Shown here in pieces: positions 20,341 to 29,730 of a DNA stretch of 64,000 nucleotides. This DNA comes from an uncultured archaeon. GTDB lineage: Archaea; Iainarchaeota; Iainarchaeia; Iainarchaeales; 1-14-0-10-31-34. The notes under the pieces are model-generated. The model saw nothing but the letters and a program-made list of their open reading frames with translations, searched no databases and was not told where the DNA came from. Position 1 is the first letter of the stretch. Every line of letters starts with the position of its first letter. The position numbers and the translations under genes were made by a program. Location of the stretch: positions 64,001-128,000 of the forward strand of contig CAZSOZ010000001.1 of NCBI GenBank assembly GCA_964608675.1. The letters run 5' to 3'.

Positions 20341-21146
20341 TAAATCACTATTTCAGAGCTTCCGTTTGGAAGCATTGAAATTATTTCATCTAAATCCACT
20401 GGCTGATTCATTTTCTCTTCAAATAATTTCTTTAATTTTTTTGCAGTAATTCCTTTTGAATCATTTCCCTGAATTAATTCAAAAAAAAAATCAGAATGAT
20501 TTTTTACGGCATCAGGAGAACCTGAAATCACAGTTAATTCTTCATCGTGTTTTTTTATTCCTATTGCAAAACTCAAAGGAGTTTTCTTAAACCATTCTCT
20601 TTCACCATAAATCATAAAAGAACCTGATTTCATTGATTCCCCTGAAGGAGCTTTCTTACTGACCTGCTTTGGAAGAACAGAATAAACATCAATTGAAGCT
20701 AAATTTGATTTCCATGCATTAGAAAAACAGGCAACAAACTCTGCTGTTTCTTTTTTTGATTTATCTGAAGCAGAATTATTTTTTGTTTTAAGAATACAGT
20801 GAGGGCTTCCATGAATTTCAGCATGAAAATATAAATCTGATTCCTCCATGTATTTTTTTATTAATTCTTCATTGCTTTTAGTGTCTCTTCCGGCTAAAGC
20901 CAGCAGATTATCAGAAGTATAAAACCAATGAAATTTTTCAAACCAATATTTTTTTCTTTTTTTAAGCAGTACTTTTTCGCTCTTTTCTTTATTTTCTTCT
21001 TTCTCTTTTAATTGCTTTAATTTTTTTTCTGTATCCTTGACTGCTTTTCTTAAGCCTTCAAGTTTTTTTTTTGCTTTCTTTGATTTTTCAAAATAAAGTG
21101 AAGCGTTTTCGTTCAGGCTTTTATTTAAATCCAATTCAATTTCCAT
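20340..21146 (-). CDS. NFACT-R RNA-binding domain protein (C-terminal half of Rqc2/FbpA-like)
   Basis: ENASLYFEKSKK coiled coil, WFEKFHWF, AGRDTKSNE, YFHAEIHGSP, KAPSGE..GSFMIYG. Confidence 0.88.
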   Translation of the reverse strand: MEIELDLNKSLNENASLYFEKSKKAKKKLEGLRKAVKDTEKKLKQLKEKEENKEKSEKVLLKKRKKYWFEKFHWFYTSDNLLALAGRDTKSNEELIKKYMEESDLYFHAEIHGSPHCILKTKNNSASDKSKKETAEFVACFSNAWKSNLASIDVYSVLPKQVSKKAPSGESMKSGSFMIYGEREWFKKTPLSFAIGIKKHDEELTVISGSPDAVKNHSDFFFELIQGNDSKGITAKKLKKLFEEKMNQPVDLDEIISMLPNGSSEIVI

Positions 21147-21150
21147 TTAA

Positions 21151-21660
21151 TCACTTTTTTCCTGCTTTTTTTCCCAGACGTTCATAAACTCTTTCCCTCA
21201 AACGTTGTTCAAATTCAGGGTCAACAATACTTTGCGCTGTTCTTCTAATAGCTTTTTTGTCTGCTTTAGAGCCAATAAAAACAACCGCTGCATCTGATTT
21301 TTTTCCTTTTACATTAATTTTGTCAACAAAATAATCGCATTCTTTTTGAGAAAAATTATAAGAAGGATCTTTCTGCATTTCATTTTTCAAATGATTTTTT
21401 AATCCTGTTCTCCATTCAGGAATCATAGAAAAATACTCTGAAATATTTGAAACAAAAAAAACAGGAAGCCTTCTTGGAGTCTTGTTTTTGTTTTTCATGT
21501 CTTTTATTACTTTATTCATTAAATCTGCAAAAATTCTTTTTTTTGTTTTTCTTCCTTTTTCAAAAAGCTTGACCGGCTTTCTTAAAACTTTTTCTTTTTT
21601 TTCTTTCAGACGAGAATTAATTCTTTTCTTTCCTGAAAGTTTTTTTCCCGGCATTTTCAA
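21151..21660 (-). CDS. Basic hypothetical protein
   Basis: 169-aa ORF overlapping the upstream gene by 4 bp, operon context. Confidence 0.6.
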   Translation of the reverse strand: MKMPGKKLSGKKRINSRLKEKKEKVLRKPVKLFEKGRKTKKRIFADLMNKVIKDMKNKNKTPRRLPVFFVSNISEYFSMIPEWRTGLKNHLKNEMQKDPSYNFSQKECDYFVDKINVKGKKSDAAVVFIGSKADKKAIRRTAQSIVDPEFEQRLRERVYERLGKKAGKK

Positions 21661-22202
21661 TCAATTCCCTTTTCTTTCTTCAAAATTTTAATTAATGATG
21701 CAGTCCTAGAAGTCATTTTATAAAAAGGTTGAGTTGCATAAATAATTTGTCTGTCCTTAATTAATTTATATATTCCTTTAATTTTTTCATAATAATTTTT
21801 TTGAGTAGAATCGTGAAATGATTCAATGTCTTTATAGAAATGCCTTAATAACAGATTCCAGTTTCCTGAACCCATAATAGCAGAAACCCTGTAAATATGG
21901 TTGTCTTTTTCAACTGCATCCAGAAATTTTTTGAAAATTTCTTTTTCAGCAAAATCAACATGAAGCAGTTCAATAACCTCTAATTTAAATCCAAACCTTG
22001 AAAAATCAATTTTAGGCCCAAATCCCTGCAAAACAGAATCCTTCAAAAGAAAATCCACAGAAGATTTAATTGTAGCTTTATGAAAACCAGACTGGCGCTT
22101 AATCTGCCTAATATTCGGAACAACAGAACCTTTTTTAAGCAAAGCCTCTAAAGTTTTTAATCTTATGCTATCATCAGGCTTCATCTGTACAGCCAAAATC
22201 AA
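21657..22202 (-). CDS. Lrp/AsnC-family-like transcriptional regulator
   Basis: N-terminal HTH, G.LQGFGPKID...G linker, RAM-like domain; AGGTGA SD. Confidence 0.7.
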   Translation of the reverse strand: MILAVQMKPDDSIRLKTLEALLKKGSVVPNIRQIKRQSGFHKATIKSSVDFLLKDSVLQGFGPKIDFSRFGFKLEVIELLHVDFAEKEIFKKFLDAVEKDNHIYRVSAIMGSGNWNLLLRHFYKDIESFHDSTQKNYYEKIKGIYKLIKDRQIIYATQPFYKMTSRTASLIKILKKEKGID

Positions 22203-22371
22203 TCACCTGTAATAAAATACGATACAAAAACTATTTAATTATACTATATGGGACATGCAAACCAATAGAATATATAAAAAGAGAGTAGTCGTTATTAGTA
22301 ATGTAAAACAAACAAAAACAGACTTGGAGGGATTCAATTCTAGAGAGAAAAAACAAAAACAAGAAAAAAAA

Positions 22372-22425
22372 AGAGGCGGGGATAGGCTCACCAGGCCAAT
22401 CTGGTTTTTAAAAGATCCCCCCTCT
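22372..22425. other. GC-rich nested stem-loop (candidate ncRNA, terminator or leader)
   Basis: AGAGG(C)GGGGAT pairs with ATCCCCCCTCT; inner ACCAG/CTGGT hairpin; A-tracts on both sides. Confidence 0.5.
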
Positions 22426-22521
22426 CTAAAAAAAATACTTCTTTTAAAAAATTTTTAACATGAACAAAAAATAAATTTTTTTCTGAATAATATTAAAGCT
22501 TTTTGTTTTTTAAATAAACTA

Positions 22522-22764
22522 ATGAATAAAATTCACGAAGCTGAATTTAAAGAAAAAGAACCAAATGACTTTGGATGGAAAAAAATGTACTGGAATTCTA
22601 ATTCAAATAAGCTTAGCCTTGGACTACCTTTGCTTATTTTAGTTATAGGATTATACTGGCTTGGAAAAGACTTAGGGTTCTGGCCTTCGCCTGTATCAAT
22701 CTGGACAATTTTGTTTATAGTGTTCGGAACATACTGGCTAATTAAAGCAGTTTTTTTTCGCTGA
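22522..22764 (+). CDS. Small two-TM membrane protein (LiaI/DUF5668-like)
   Basis: GLPLLILVIGLYWLGKDLGFWP...W..LFIVFG.YWL pattern. Confidence 0.65.
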   Translation: MNKIHEAEFKEKEPNDFGWKKMYWNSNSNKLSLGLPLLILVIGLYWLGKDLGFWPSPVSIWTILFIVFGTYWLIKAVFFR

Positions 22765-24825
22765 CTATTTTGATGTTGTTTTTGCCTGATTTTTTTTTGC
22801 CATTCTTTTCTTCCATTCATCTTTTGAAGGACAATCAGGATCAATACACATATCAAACCTAAATCTTTTTCCCTGAACTGAAACCATAGGCATCCCGCAT
22901 ATTTTGCAGGGATTATCAGCAGGATAAATTCTTCCTTTCTGAGGCAAAGGATAAGTATTAGTGCATTCAGGATACTTAGTACAGCCTAAAAAATATTTTT
23001 TGTTTCTACTGAAAATAATCCTCAAATTTCCTTTTTTGCATACAGGGCATTTTCCAACAATTTTATCAGCACTCAATCCTTCTTTTATTTCGTTTCCAAT
23101 TAAAAGCTTGTGCTCAAACAAATCCTTCAAAATTATCATTAATAAATCTCTTGAATGCTCAACTACTTCTTCTTTTGATTTCTTTTTTGCCGAAATCAAA
23201 TTCATTTGCTCTTCCAAATCAGAAGTCATTTCAGGTTCAATTACTTTTTCAGAATATTTTTCCAGTACATCAGTGACAGCAAAAGCCAAATGAGTGGGTT
23301 CAACTGCCTTAGAACCAACAATATATTTTCTTGCATACAATTTCTGAATTATTCCATGCCGAGTTGATTTTGTTCCAAGATTTAAGTCTTCCATTAACTT
23401 CAATAAAGCTCCCTGAGAATACCTTGAAGGAGGCTGAGTTTCTTTTTCAAGCAAATCCAGTTTCTTTACATCTGCTTTATCTCCTTTATCCAAAGAAGGA
23501 AGAATAACTTCTTTTATTGAAGAATAAGGATAAAATTCCTTCCAACCCAATTTAAGAATTCTTTGACCATTAGAAATAAACAATTCTTTTTCCAAATCAA
23601 ATTCAACTGAAAGATTCTCTGTTTCAGCTTTGTCTGCAAGAGTAGCATAAAATCTTCTTACAATCAATTCATAAATTTTAAAGTTTCTGTCTCCAAGCTT
23701 TCCTTTATCAACAGCAGAAACAGGATGAATAGGAGGATGATCTTTTGTTTCCTTTCCAAAAGAAGGAATTAATTGTTTTTTTTGTAAAAGTTTTTCTGCA
23801 AGAAAAGAAAACTCTTTTATTTTTCCTGTTTCCTGAACGACTTCAATTAAATTCAAAGAAGAAGGATATTTTGTATTATCTGTTCTTGGATAAGAAATAA
23901 ATCCCTGCTGATAAAGGTTTTCTGCAATACTCATTGCCTGTCCTGCAGAAAAACCAATCGACGTTGCAGCACGCAAAAAAGAAGTTGTATTAAAAGGCAA
24001 AGGCTTTGAAATAAAACGATGTTTTTTTTTGGCTCTCAAAACAACTGCTTTCTTCGGATTCCTGCTTAAAACTTTTTCTGCTTCTTTTTTATTCTTAAAT
24101 TTGCCTTTTTTGTGCATTGCCTCAAACTTAATTTTGTCTTTTTCAAGCAAAGCTTTTATTTCCCAGTACTTTTCTTTTTTGAAGGCATTTCTTTCTTTTT
24201 CTCTTTTTACAACCAAATAAAGGACAGGGCTTTGAACTCTGCCGACACTCAAAAAATCTTTTCCCAGTCTGCTTGAAACAATAGAAATAAATCTTGTAAG
24301 AACTGCCCCCCAAATTAAATCAATTTCCCTTCTTGCATTAGCTGAATCTGCTAAAGCAAAATCAACTTTAGTTAATTTTGAAAAAGAATCATCAATATCC
24401 TTTTTAGTGATAGCAGAAAACAAAGCTCTTTTTACGGCAAGTTTTTTGTTTCCTTGTTTAAGGTAATCCAAAGCTTCAACGCCGATGCTTTCTCCCTCTC
24501 TATCAGCATCAGTTGCAATAATAACCTCAGAAAACTCTTTTGCTTTTTTTTCAAGAAGATTTGTGATTGCTTTTTCTTTTGGAAGATATTCCACTTCAAT
24601 TTTTGCGAGCTTCCTTAAATCTGTTCCTGTCCAGTAATTATATTTTTTTGGGAAATCAACGTCCTGAATATGACCTCTTAAAGGAATTACATATGCTTTT
24701 TCTCCATTGAAATCAAATTCAAATAACTGTGCATTCCTTTCAGTTAAAGTCTTTATTTTTCCTTTTCCAAGAATTTCCGCGATTCTCTTTCCTGCAATTG
24801 CTTTCTCTGAAACAACAAGCTTCAT
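22765..24825 (-). CDS. topA: DNA topoisomerase IA with C-terminal Zn ribbons
   Basis: Toprim VSEK, ATDADREGE, SVGRVQSP, catalytic ISYPRTD, HPPIHP, GTKSTR, CxxC ribbons. Confidence 0.96.
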   Translation of the reverse strand: MKLVVSEKAIAGKRIAEILGKGKIKTLTERNAQLFEFDFNGEKAYVIPLRGHIQDVDFPKKYNYWTGTDLRKLAKIEVEYLPKEKAITNLLEKKAKEFSEVIIATDADREGESIGVEALDYLKQGNKKLAVKRALFSAITKKDIDDSFSKLTKVDFALADSANARREIDLIWGAVLTRFISIVSSRLGKDFLSVGRVQSPVLYLVVKREKERNAFKKEKYWEIKALLEKDKIKFEAMHKKGKFKNKKEAEKVLSRNPKKAVVLRAKKKHRFISKPLPFNTTSFLRAATSIGFSAGQAMSIAENLYQQGFISYPRTDNTKYPSSLNLIEVVQETGKIKEFSFLAEKLLQKKQLIPSFGKETKDHPPIHPVSAVDKGKLGDRNFKIYELIVRRFYATLADKAETENLSVEFDLEKELFISNGQRILKLGWKEFYPYSSIKEVILPSLDKGDKADVKKLDLLEKETQPPSRYSQGALLKLMEDLNLGTKSTRHGIIQKLYARKYIVGSKAVEPTHLAFAVTDVLEKYSEKVIEPEMTSDLEEQMNLISAKKKSKEEVVEHSRDLLMIILKDLFEHKLLIGNEIKEGLSADKIVGKCPVCKKGNLRIIFSRNKKYFLGCTKYPECTNTYPLPQKGRIYPADNPCKICGMPMVSVQGKRFRFDMCIDPDCPSKDEWKKRMAKKNQAKTTSK

Positions 24826-24998
24826 TTAAACACCAAAACAAATAACCTAAAAGTTTTTTAACAAAAAAGAATTTAAATAGGAATCAAAAAAAAAACAATT
24901 TTACTTTTTCCTTTTTTTTGAGTATTCTGCTTTGTCAGCAAACATCAGCACACAATTATGTCTCTCATAAACAATTATTTTAAAATAAAAAAAGAATA

Positions 24999-25478
24999 TT
25001 AAAGTTTTTTCTGCAAAGATTGGGCAGGCAAAGCATTAGTTTTTTTTAATTCACTTAAAACCAGCTGGGTTTTAATATCTGAAATTCCGTCAATTAAACC
25101 CAAATCATTAATAAAATGTTCAGCAGAATCAAGAGAAGGAACAACAATTTTTGCAATCAAATTATATTCTCCTAAAACCTGATACAACTCCAAAACAAAA
25201 TCAAATGAATTCAATTTTTTAATTAAATCTTTATGTTTGGCCATATCAGTTCTCATTTGAACAAAAATTGGATTTTCATAACCCAATACTTTATAATTTA
25301 AGTTTGCACTCACAGAAGAAATTACTCCTTTCCTGATTAAAGACTCAACTCTTTTTTTTATTGCAACATCAGTTAATTTTGTTTCCTTTGCAATAGAACT
25401 AAAAGAAGCTCTTCCATCCTCTAAAAGTTTCTGCAGAATCTTGTGGTCAATTTTATCTAAATTCAATGAAATCCCCAT
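24999..25478 (-). CDS. Lrp/AsnC-family transcriptional regulator
   Basis: LDKIDHKILQKLLEDGRASFSSIAK...KRVESLIRKGVI; GEYNLI. Confidence 0.92.
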   Translation of the reverse strand: MGISLNLDKIDHKILQKLLEDGRASFSSIAKETKLTDVAIKKRVESLIRKGVISSVSANLNYKVLGYENPIFVQMRTDMAKHKDLIKKLNSFDFVLELYQVLGEYNLIAKIVVPSLDSAEHFINDLGLIDGISDIKTQLVLSELKKTNALPAQSLQKKL

Positions 25479-25572
25479 ACTTAGTAAAATTAAACAAAAA
25501 CCTATAAAAAGTTAATTAAACAAACAAACAGATTAGTGCAGTTTAAAACATTTTTTTATAAAAAATATTTAA

Positions 25573-27129
25573 ATGGCTTCAATAATTAAACCGCTTGTAC
25601 ACAAAATTGCATTTGAATGCGAAGAAGCAGGCGCAACCAGATGGAACATAGCAAAAATAGTAAAAGAATTAAATGAAATGGAAACCCAAAGCGAACGAAA
25701 ACTAAAAGAAAAAGCAATTGAAATGCTCAAAGAATTAAATCCAAAAGCAGCAGAAACATATTCTTCTTTTAACAAAATGATTGTATTTACATCCAAACAA
25801 GAAAGCGAAGCATTTGACAGAGGAAACATAACAAAATCTCTTTTAAAAGAAACAAAAATTAAAAGAGGACTTGCAGAAAACATTTCAAGAGAAGTTGAAG
25901 AAAAAATAAAAGACACAAAAATTTCAAATTTAACTACTTCAATAATCAGAGAAATGGTGTGTGTAAAATTACTGGAATTGGGATTTGAAGAAATACACAA
26001 TCAATATACAAGAATAGGGATTCCTGTATTTGAAGCAGGAAAAAAAAATTCAGGAAAAGAAGCACTAAAAGAATTCAATTTGATTGCATGCATTCCAAAA
26101 AAAGCAAAAGAACTGCATTTTGAATCAACAATAAATATTCCTTTCATTGAAGATTTTAATTCCAAAGGCTTTTCGTATAATCTTCCCTTAGAAGAAAACA
26201 ACGAAACAGGAGAAAAAATAATAATTAATTCAATCAAAAAAATAAAAGAAAAAAACAAAAAGTTTTCATTTGTATGTCTTAATTACATTAATTTCAGATT
26301 AAGCAGGGCAATAGAAAAAAAAAGCAGAAAAAAAATAAAAGAACTCATTGACTTGTTTTTTGATTCAGCAAAACTTGCAGGAAAAAAATTCAGTATAAGC
26401 ATTGCTTTATTTACTCCTCAGGAATCAAACTATAAAGCATCCAAAAAAAATCTTTGGGTTTTTGCAAACGAATTCATAAAAAAATTTAATGAAAAAAAAC
26501 AAAAAAACATGGATTTAGTTGTATGCCTTGAAAACAAATTTCAATTAAAGCTTTTGGAAAAAAAATGCTTTGAAAAAGAACTGTCTTTTCTTAACATAAA
26601 AAACAATAATTTAAAAGCACAAAAAAAAGGATTATATGTAAACGGACAAGGAATACTTGCATTAAATGAAATTAATGCAGAAAAACTCTTCATTAAAGCA
26701 AAAGAAAACCAAAAAAATTTAATGGATTCAATTGAAGAAACAATTTTAATTTTAAATGACCTGTTTGAAGAAAAAGAAAAATTATTAAAAGAAAAAATAA
26801 AAGAAAGCGGACTAAAAAAATGTGTTTCATTATACGGAATTGATGCAGGAGCAATGCATTTTTCAAGACAGAATAAAGCTGAAGCAAAAAGCATTGCAAG
26901 AAGAACAAGAGAAAAAATAAGAAAACTATCAGGGAACGCAGTAGTATTAAGAAGCTTTAATTCAAAAAAAGGAAAACAAAAATTCAGAAAATACAACGAA
27001 GAAAAACTTTCAGTTAGAACAGAAAAAAAAGAACTGCAGACAACAAGTTATGCTGAAACCAAAACAAAAAAAGAATTAGAAGAAGCAATAGAAAAAAACT
27101 TTGAAAGCATTTTATTCAAACCGCATTAA
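25573..27129 (+). CDS. ATP-cone protein; degenerate class III ribonucleotide reductase (NrdD-like)
   Basis: ATP cone FDRGNITKSLLKET...IIREMVCVKLLELG followed by YTRIGIPV and KEFNL..IPKKAKELH; no glycyl-radical motif. Confidence 0.65.
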   Translation: MASIIKPLVHKIAFECEEAGATRWNIAKIVKELNEMETQSERKLKEKAIEMLKELNPKAAETYSSFNKMIVFTSKQESEAFDRGNITKSLLKETKIKRGLAENISREVEEKIKDTKISNLTTSIIREMVCVKLLELGFEEIHNQYTRIGIPVFEAGKKNSGKEALKEFNLIACIPKKAKELHFESTINIPFIEDFNSKGFSYNLPLEENNETGEKIIINSIKKIKEKNKKFSFVCLNYINFRLSRAIEKKSRKKIKELIDLFFDSAKLAGKKFSISIALFTPQESNYKASKKNLWVFANEFIKKFNEKKQKNMDLVVCLENKFQLKLLEKKCFEKELSFLNIKNNNLKAQKKGLYVNGQGILALNEINAEKLFIKAKENQKNLMDSIEETILILNDLFEEKEKLLKEKIKESGLKKCVSLYGIDAGAMHFSRQNKAEAKSIARRTREKIRKLSGNAVVLRSFNSKKGKQKFRKYNEEKLSVRTEKKELQTTSYAETKTKKELEEAIEKNFESILFKPH

Positions 27130-27851
27130 AATTCACTGTCAAACAAAACTAAACCGAATTTTTTCATATAAAGCCTTGTTTTAACTATTTCAATAAAAGG
27201 AACAACAAAAAACAAAACAATTAAAAGAGAAACATAATTTCCTGCCAAAAACAGGAAATCAAACAAAAATTCAATTAAAGGCAAAACAAACAAAAAAACA
27301 GAAGACATTAAAATTACCTTTAAAACAGTTGAAGGATTCTTAGATAAAAACTCAAAGCTGTTCTCAATACTGTGAACTATTTTTCCTTCGTCCACCACAA
27401 TGCTTTGCGGAACAAACAAAAAAACCAAAGACAAAACAAACAAAAAAACATTAATTAAAATAAACGAAACCGAAAAGAAAACCAGCAAAGAGTAAACAAA
27501 ATAAAAAAACGCAAAATACAAAACAAAAAACAAAGACAAAGAAAAACCAAATTTCTGAATTTTTTCTTTTAAGTAATAATTTAATCTTACTTTGTTTAAC
27601 TTGTTTCGAATATTAAAAATCAAAAAAGACAAAAACAACGAATAAAAAACCAAAAAAACTGAAATTGAAAGCAGTTCCACTGCCAAAACAATTAAATTAA
27701 CAGAAGACAGATTGTATTCCAAAAAAATGCTTCCTGAACCAACAAAAATGTTTTCAAACAAAATAATAAAAGAAAAAATAAGCAAAACTCCAAATAACAA
27801 ATTTAATTTGAAATTCTCAAAATAATCTCTTAAAGCAAGCTGTAAAACCAC
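27126..27851 (-). CDS. Multi-pass membrane protein
   Basis: About 6 TM helices, FVPQSIVVDE..I..SIENSF motif typical of DUF7847/GPDPase-membrane-like families. Confidence 0.7.
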   Translation of the reverse strand: MVLQLALRDYFENFKLNLLFGVLLIFSFIILFENIFVGSGSIFLEYNLSSVNLIVLAVELLSISVFLVFYSLFLSFLIFNIRNKLNKVRLNYYLKEKIQKFGFSLSLFFVLYFAFFYFVYSLLVFFSVSFILINVFLFVLSLVFLFVPQSIVVDEGKIVHSIENSFEFLSKNPSTVLKVILMSSVFLFVLPLIEFLFDFLFLAGNYVSLLIVLFFVVPFIEIVKTRLYMKKFGLVLFDSEF

Positions 27852-27946
27852 TAAAAAACCCTAAAAAGACTTGTAAAAAACAATTTAAAATCTTTACGAG
27901 AAAAAAAAAGCAAAGAATAAATAAAAGAAAAGCACAATAATAGTAA

Positions 27947-28987
27947 ATGAACAATAAAACCATTGCTTTTATTCTGCTAATATTTTTGTTTGCTTTAATT
28001 AATTCAGTTCAAGCAGACTCCAAAACCTGCATTGAAGGAGATACTCAAATTTGCAATACCAGCCAAGGTTGTGAGTTAATTCAAACCTGCTATAAAGGAA
28101 ACTGGACTCCTCCCTGCAATGACACAAAAATCTGTACAACAGATGACGGCTGTTCTGGAACACAAACCTGTGTTAAAGCAAAATGGGGAAACTGTGTTAA
28201 AGATGACCCTTCATGCGGTTTAAAAGTTTCAATTGTTTCTCCTTCAAACGAAGACGTATATGTAATCAGTTCAAAAATTGAATTCAAATCAAATATTGAA
28301 AGCCAAGGAAACGATTATTCAGTTGAATGGGATTCAAATGCAAACGGAAAATTTTCAGTTGACGAAAATTTTGATTACTCTGGATTAAGCATTGGAGACC
28401 ATAACATTACTTTAACAGGAACTTTTGCTTCAGGAGAAACTCCAACAACAAAAACTGATTCAATTCAAATAAGCGTTATTCCGATTCCTCAAGATGCTGT
28501 AAAAACCAGTGGATTTGAAGTAATAAATCAAACAAACCCTGGCCAAAAAATAACTGAAGAAGACACAATAGAAATAAACACAACAGTATCAAATCTTACA
28601 AGACAACAAATTAATACAGAAACAAGCTTAAAAATAATTGATGCTGAAAGCGGAACCCAAATGTTTTTAGACAACAAAAATCATTTACTAGAAGGACAAG
28701 GCGGATTGGGGGGAAACGACACAGTAAACATTAAATATACAATTAAATTAAGTGAATTTAACATTACCCTAGGAAACTATAAAATAATTTTTGATGTAAA
28801 AAAAGTGCTTAACGAACAAAACACAGAAAATAATCAAAAAACAGAAATCATTACTGTGTTAAAGCCTTCAAAAGAAATGAATTTAAATGAGTTTTCTGTT
28901 TTAATTCTGCCTGTACTGTTGATTTCAATAATAATTATTCTGAAAAAAGAAAAAATAAAAAAAGCAATTAAAAAAAAGAAAAAATAA
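27947..28987 (+). CDS. Cell-surface glycoprotein: Cys-rich repeats, Ig/PKD- and CARDB-like domains, C-terminal anchor
   Basis: Signal peptide, two C..G...C...GC...QTC..G.W..C units, WDSN..G...G.H.ITL, NEQNTENNQ, many N-x-S/T sequons, TM plus poly-Lys tail. Confidence 0.8.
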   Translation: MNNKTIAFILLIFLFALINSVQADSKTCIEGDTQICNTSQGCELIQTCYKGNWTPPCNDTKICTTDDGCSGTQTCVKAKWGNCVKDDPSCGLKVSIVSPSNEDVYVISSKIEFKSNIESQGNDYSVEWDSNANGKFSVDENFDYSGLSIGDHNITLTGTFASGETPTTKTDSIQISVIPIPQDAVKTSGFEVINQTNPGQKITEEDTIEINTTVSNLTRQQINTETSLKIIDAESGTQMFLDNKNHLLEGQGGLGGNDTVNIKYTIKLSEFNITLGNYKIIFDVKKVLNEQNTENNQKTEIITVLKPSKEMNLNEFSVLILPVLLISIIIILKKEKIKKAIKKKKK

Positions 28988-29662
28988 TTAAATTTGTTTT
29001 TCTTGTTTCAAGTCATTTTGTTCTAAACTAACTTCTGGTTTTTGTTCAATGAATTCAGGCTGGTTTTCAACCGGAGCAGGCTGAACATTTAATGGCTTTC
29101 TTTTTTCCAAAGCTTCTTCTGAAACTCTCTGCATTACTTTTTTTGAAATCCATCCTGCTAAACCAGAAAAAACAAAAACAAGAAAAGCATCGTTCCTTAA
29201 AACATTCCAATAACAGACAGTTAAAGCTTGCTGGCCATTAATCATACTGTAAAAAGATAATTGTCCTGCAGAACAAACTGAATCAAAAAACAAAGGAACA
29301 TTTAAAACCAAAGCCTGTCCTGAAGCAGCAGCCAAAGCAGTAATATTAGAATAATACCAGACTAACTGAATATAAAAAGCCAAAAAAGACAAAACAACAA
29401 AAAGCAAAGGAAAATAAACTGTTAACCCAAAATTTGTTTTAAAGTAATCATTAGCCCAGTCAATCAAAAAATAAATGAAAAAAAAACCCACAAAAGGCAT
29501 TAAAAAAAAAGTGTAATCAAGCATGCTTGGATTCAAAGTAAAACCCCAGTCATGCAAAGCAATACTTGGATTAATTGCCTGAGTTATTGCAGGCAAAAAA
29601 AACAAAAAAAGATAAGTTAAAACAAACAAAAAAACTAATTTTATTTTATCTCTTGAATGCAT
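28988..29662 (-). CDS. Membrane protein
   Basis: About 4 TM helices and a polar C-terminal tail. Confidence 0.7.
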   Translation of the reverse strand: MHSRDKIKLVFLFVLTYLFLFFLPAITQAINPSIALHDWGFTLNPSMLDYTFFLMPFVGFFFIYFLIDWANDYFKTNFGLTVYFPLLFVVLSFLAFYIQLVWYYSNITALAAASGQALVLNVPLFFDSVCSAGQLSFYSMINGQQALTVCYWNVLRNDAFLVFVFSGLAGWISKKVMQRVSEEALEKRKPLNVQPAPVENQPEFIEQKPEVSLEQNDLKQEKQI

Positions 29663-29730
29663 TAAAAATCTTTAGTTCACAATTAATTTAAAACAATTGC
29701 TTTTCAAAAAATTTAATGAGGAAATAAAAA

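Noticed and set aside
22255-22458. 67-aa ORF
   Set aside because: Low complexity, no recognisable motif, and overlaps the GC-rich hairpin; not supportable as a gene.
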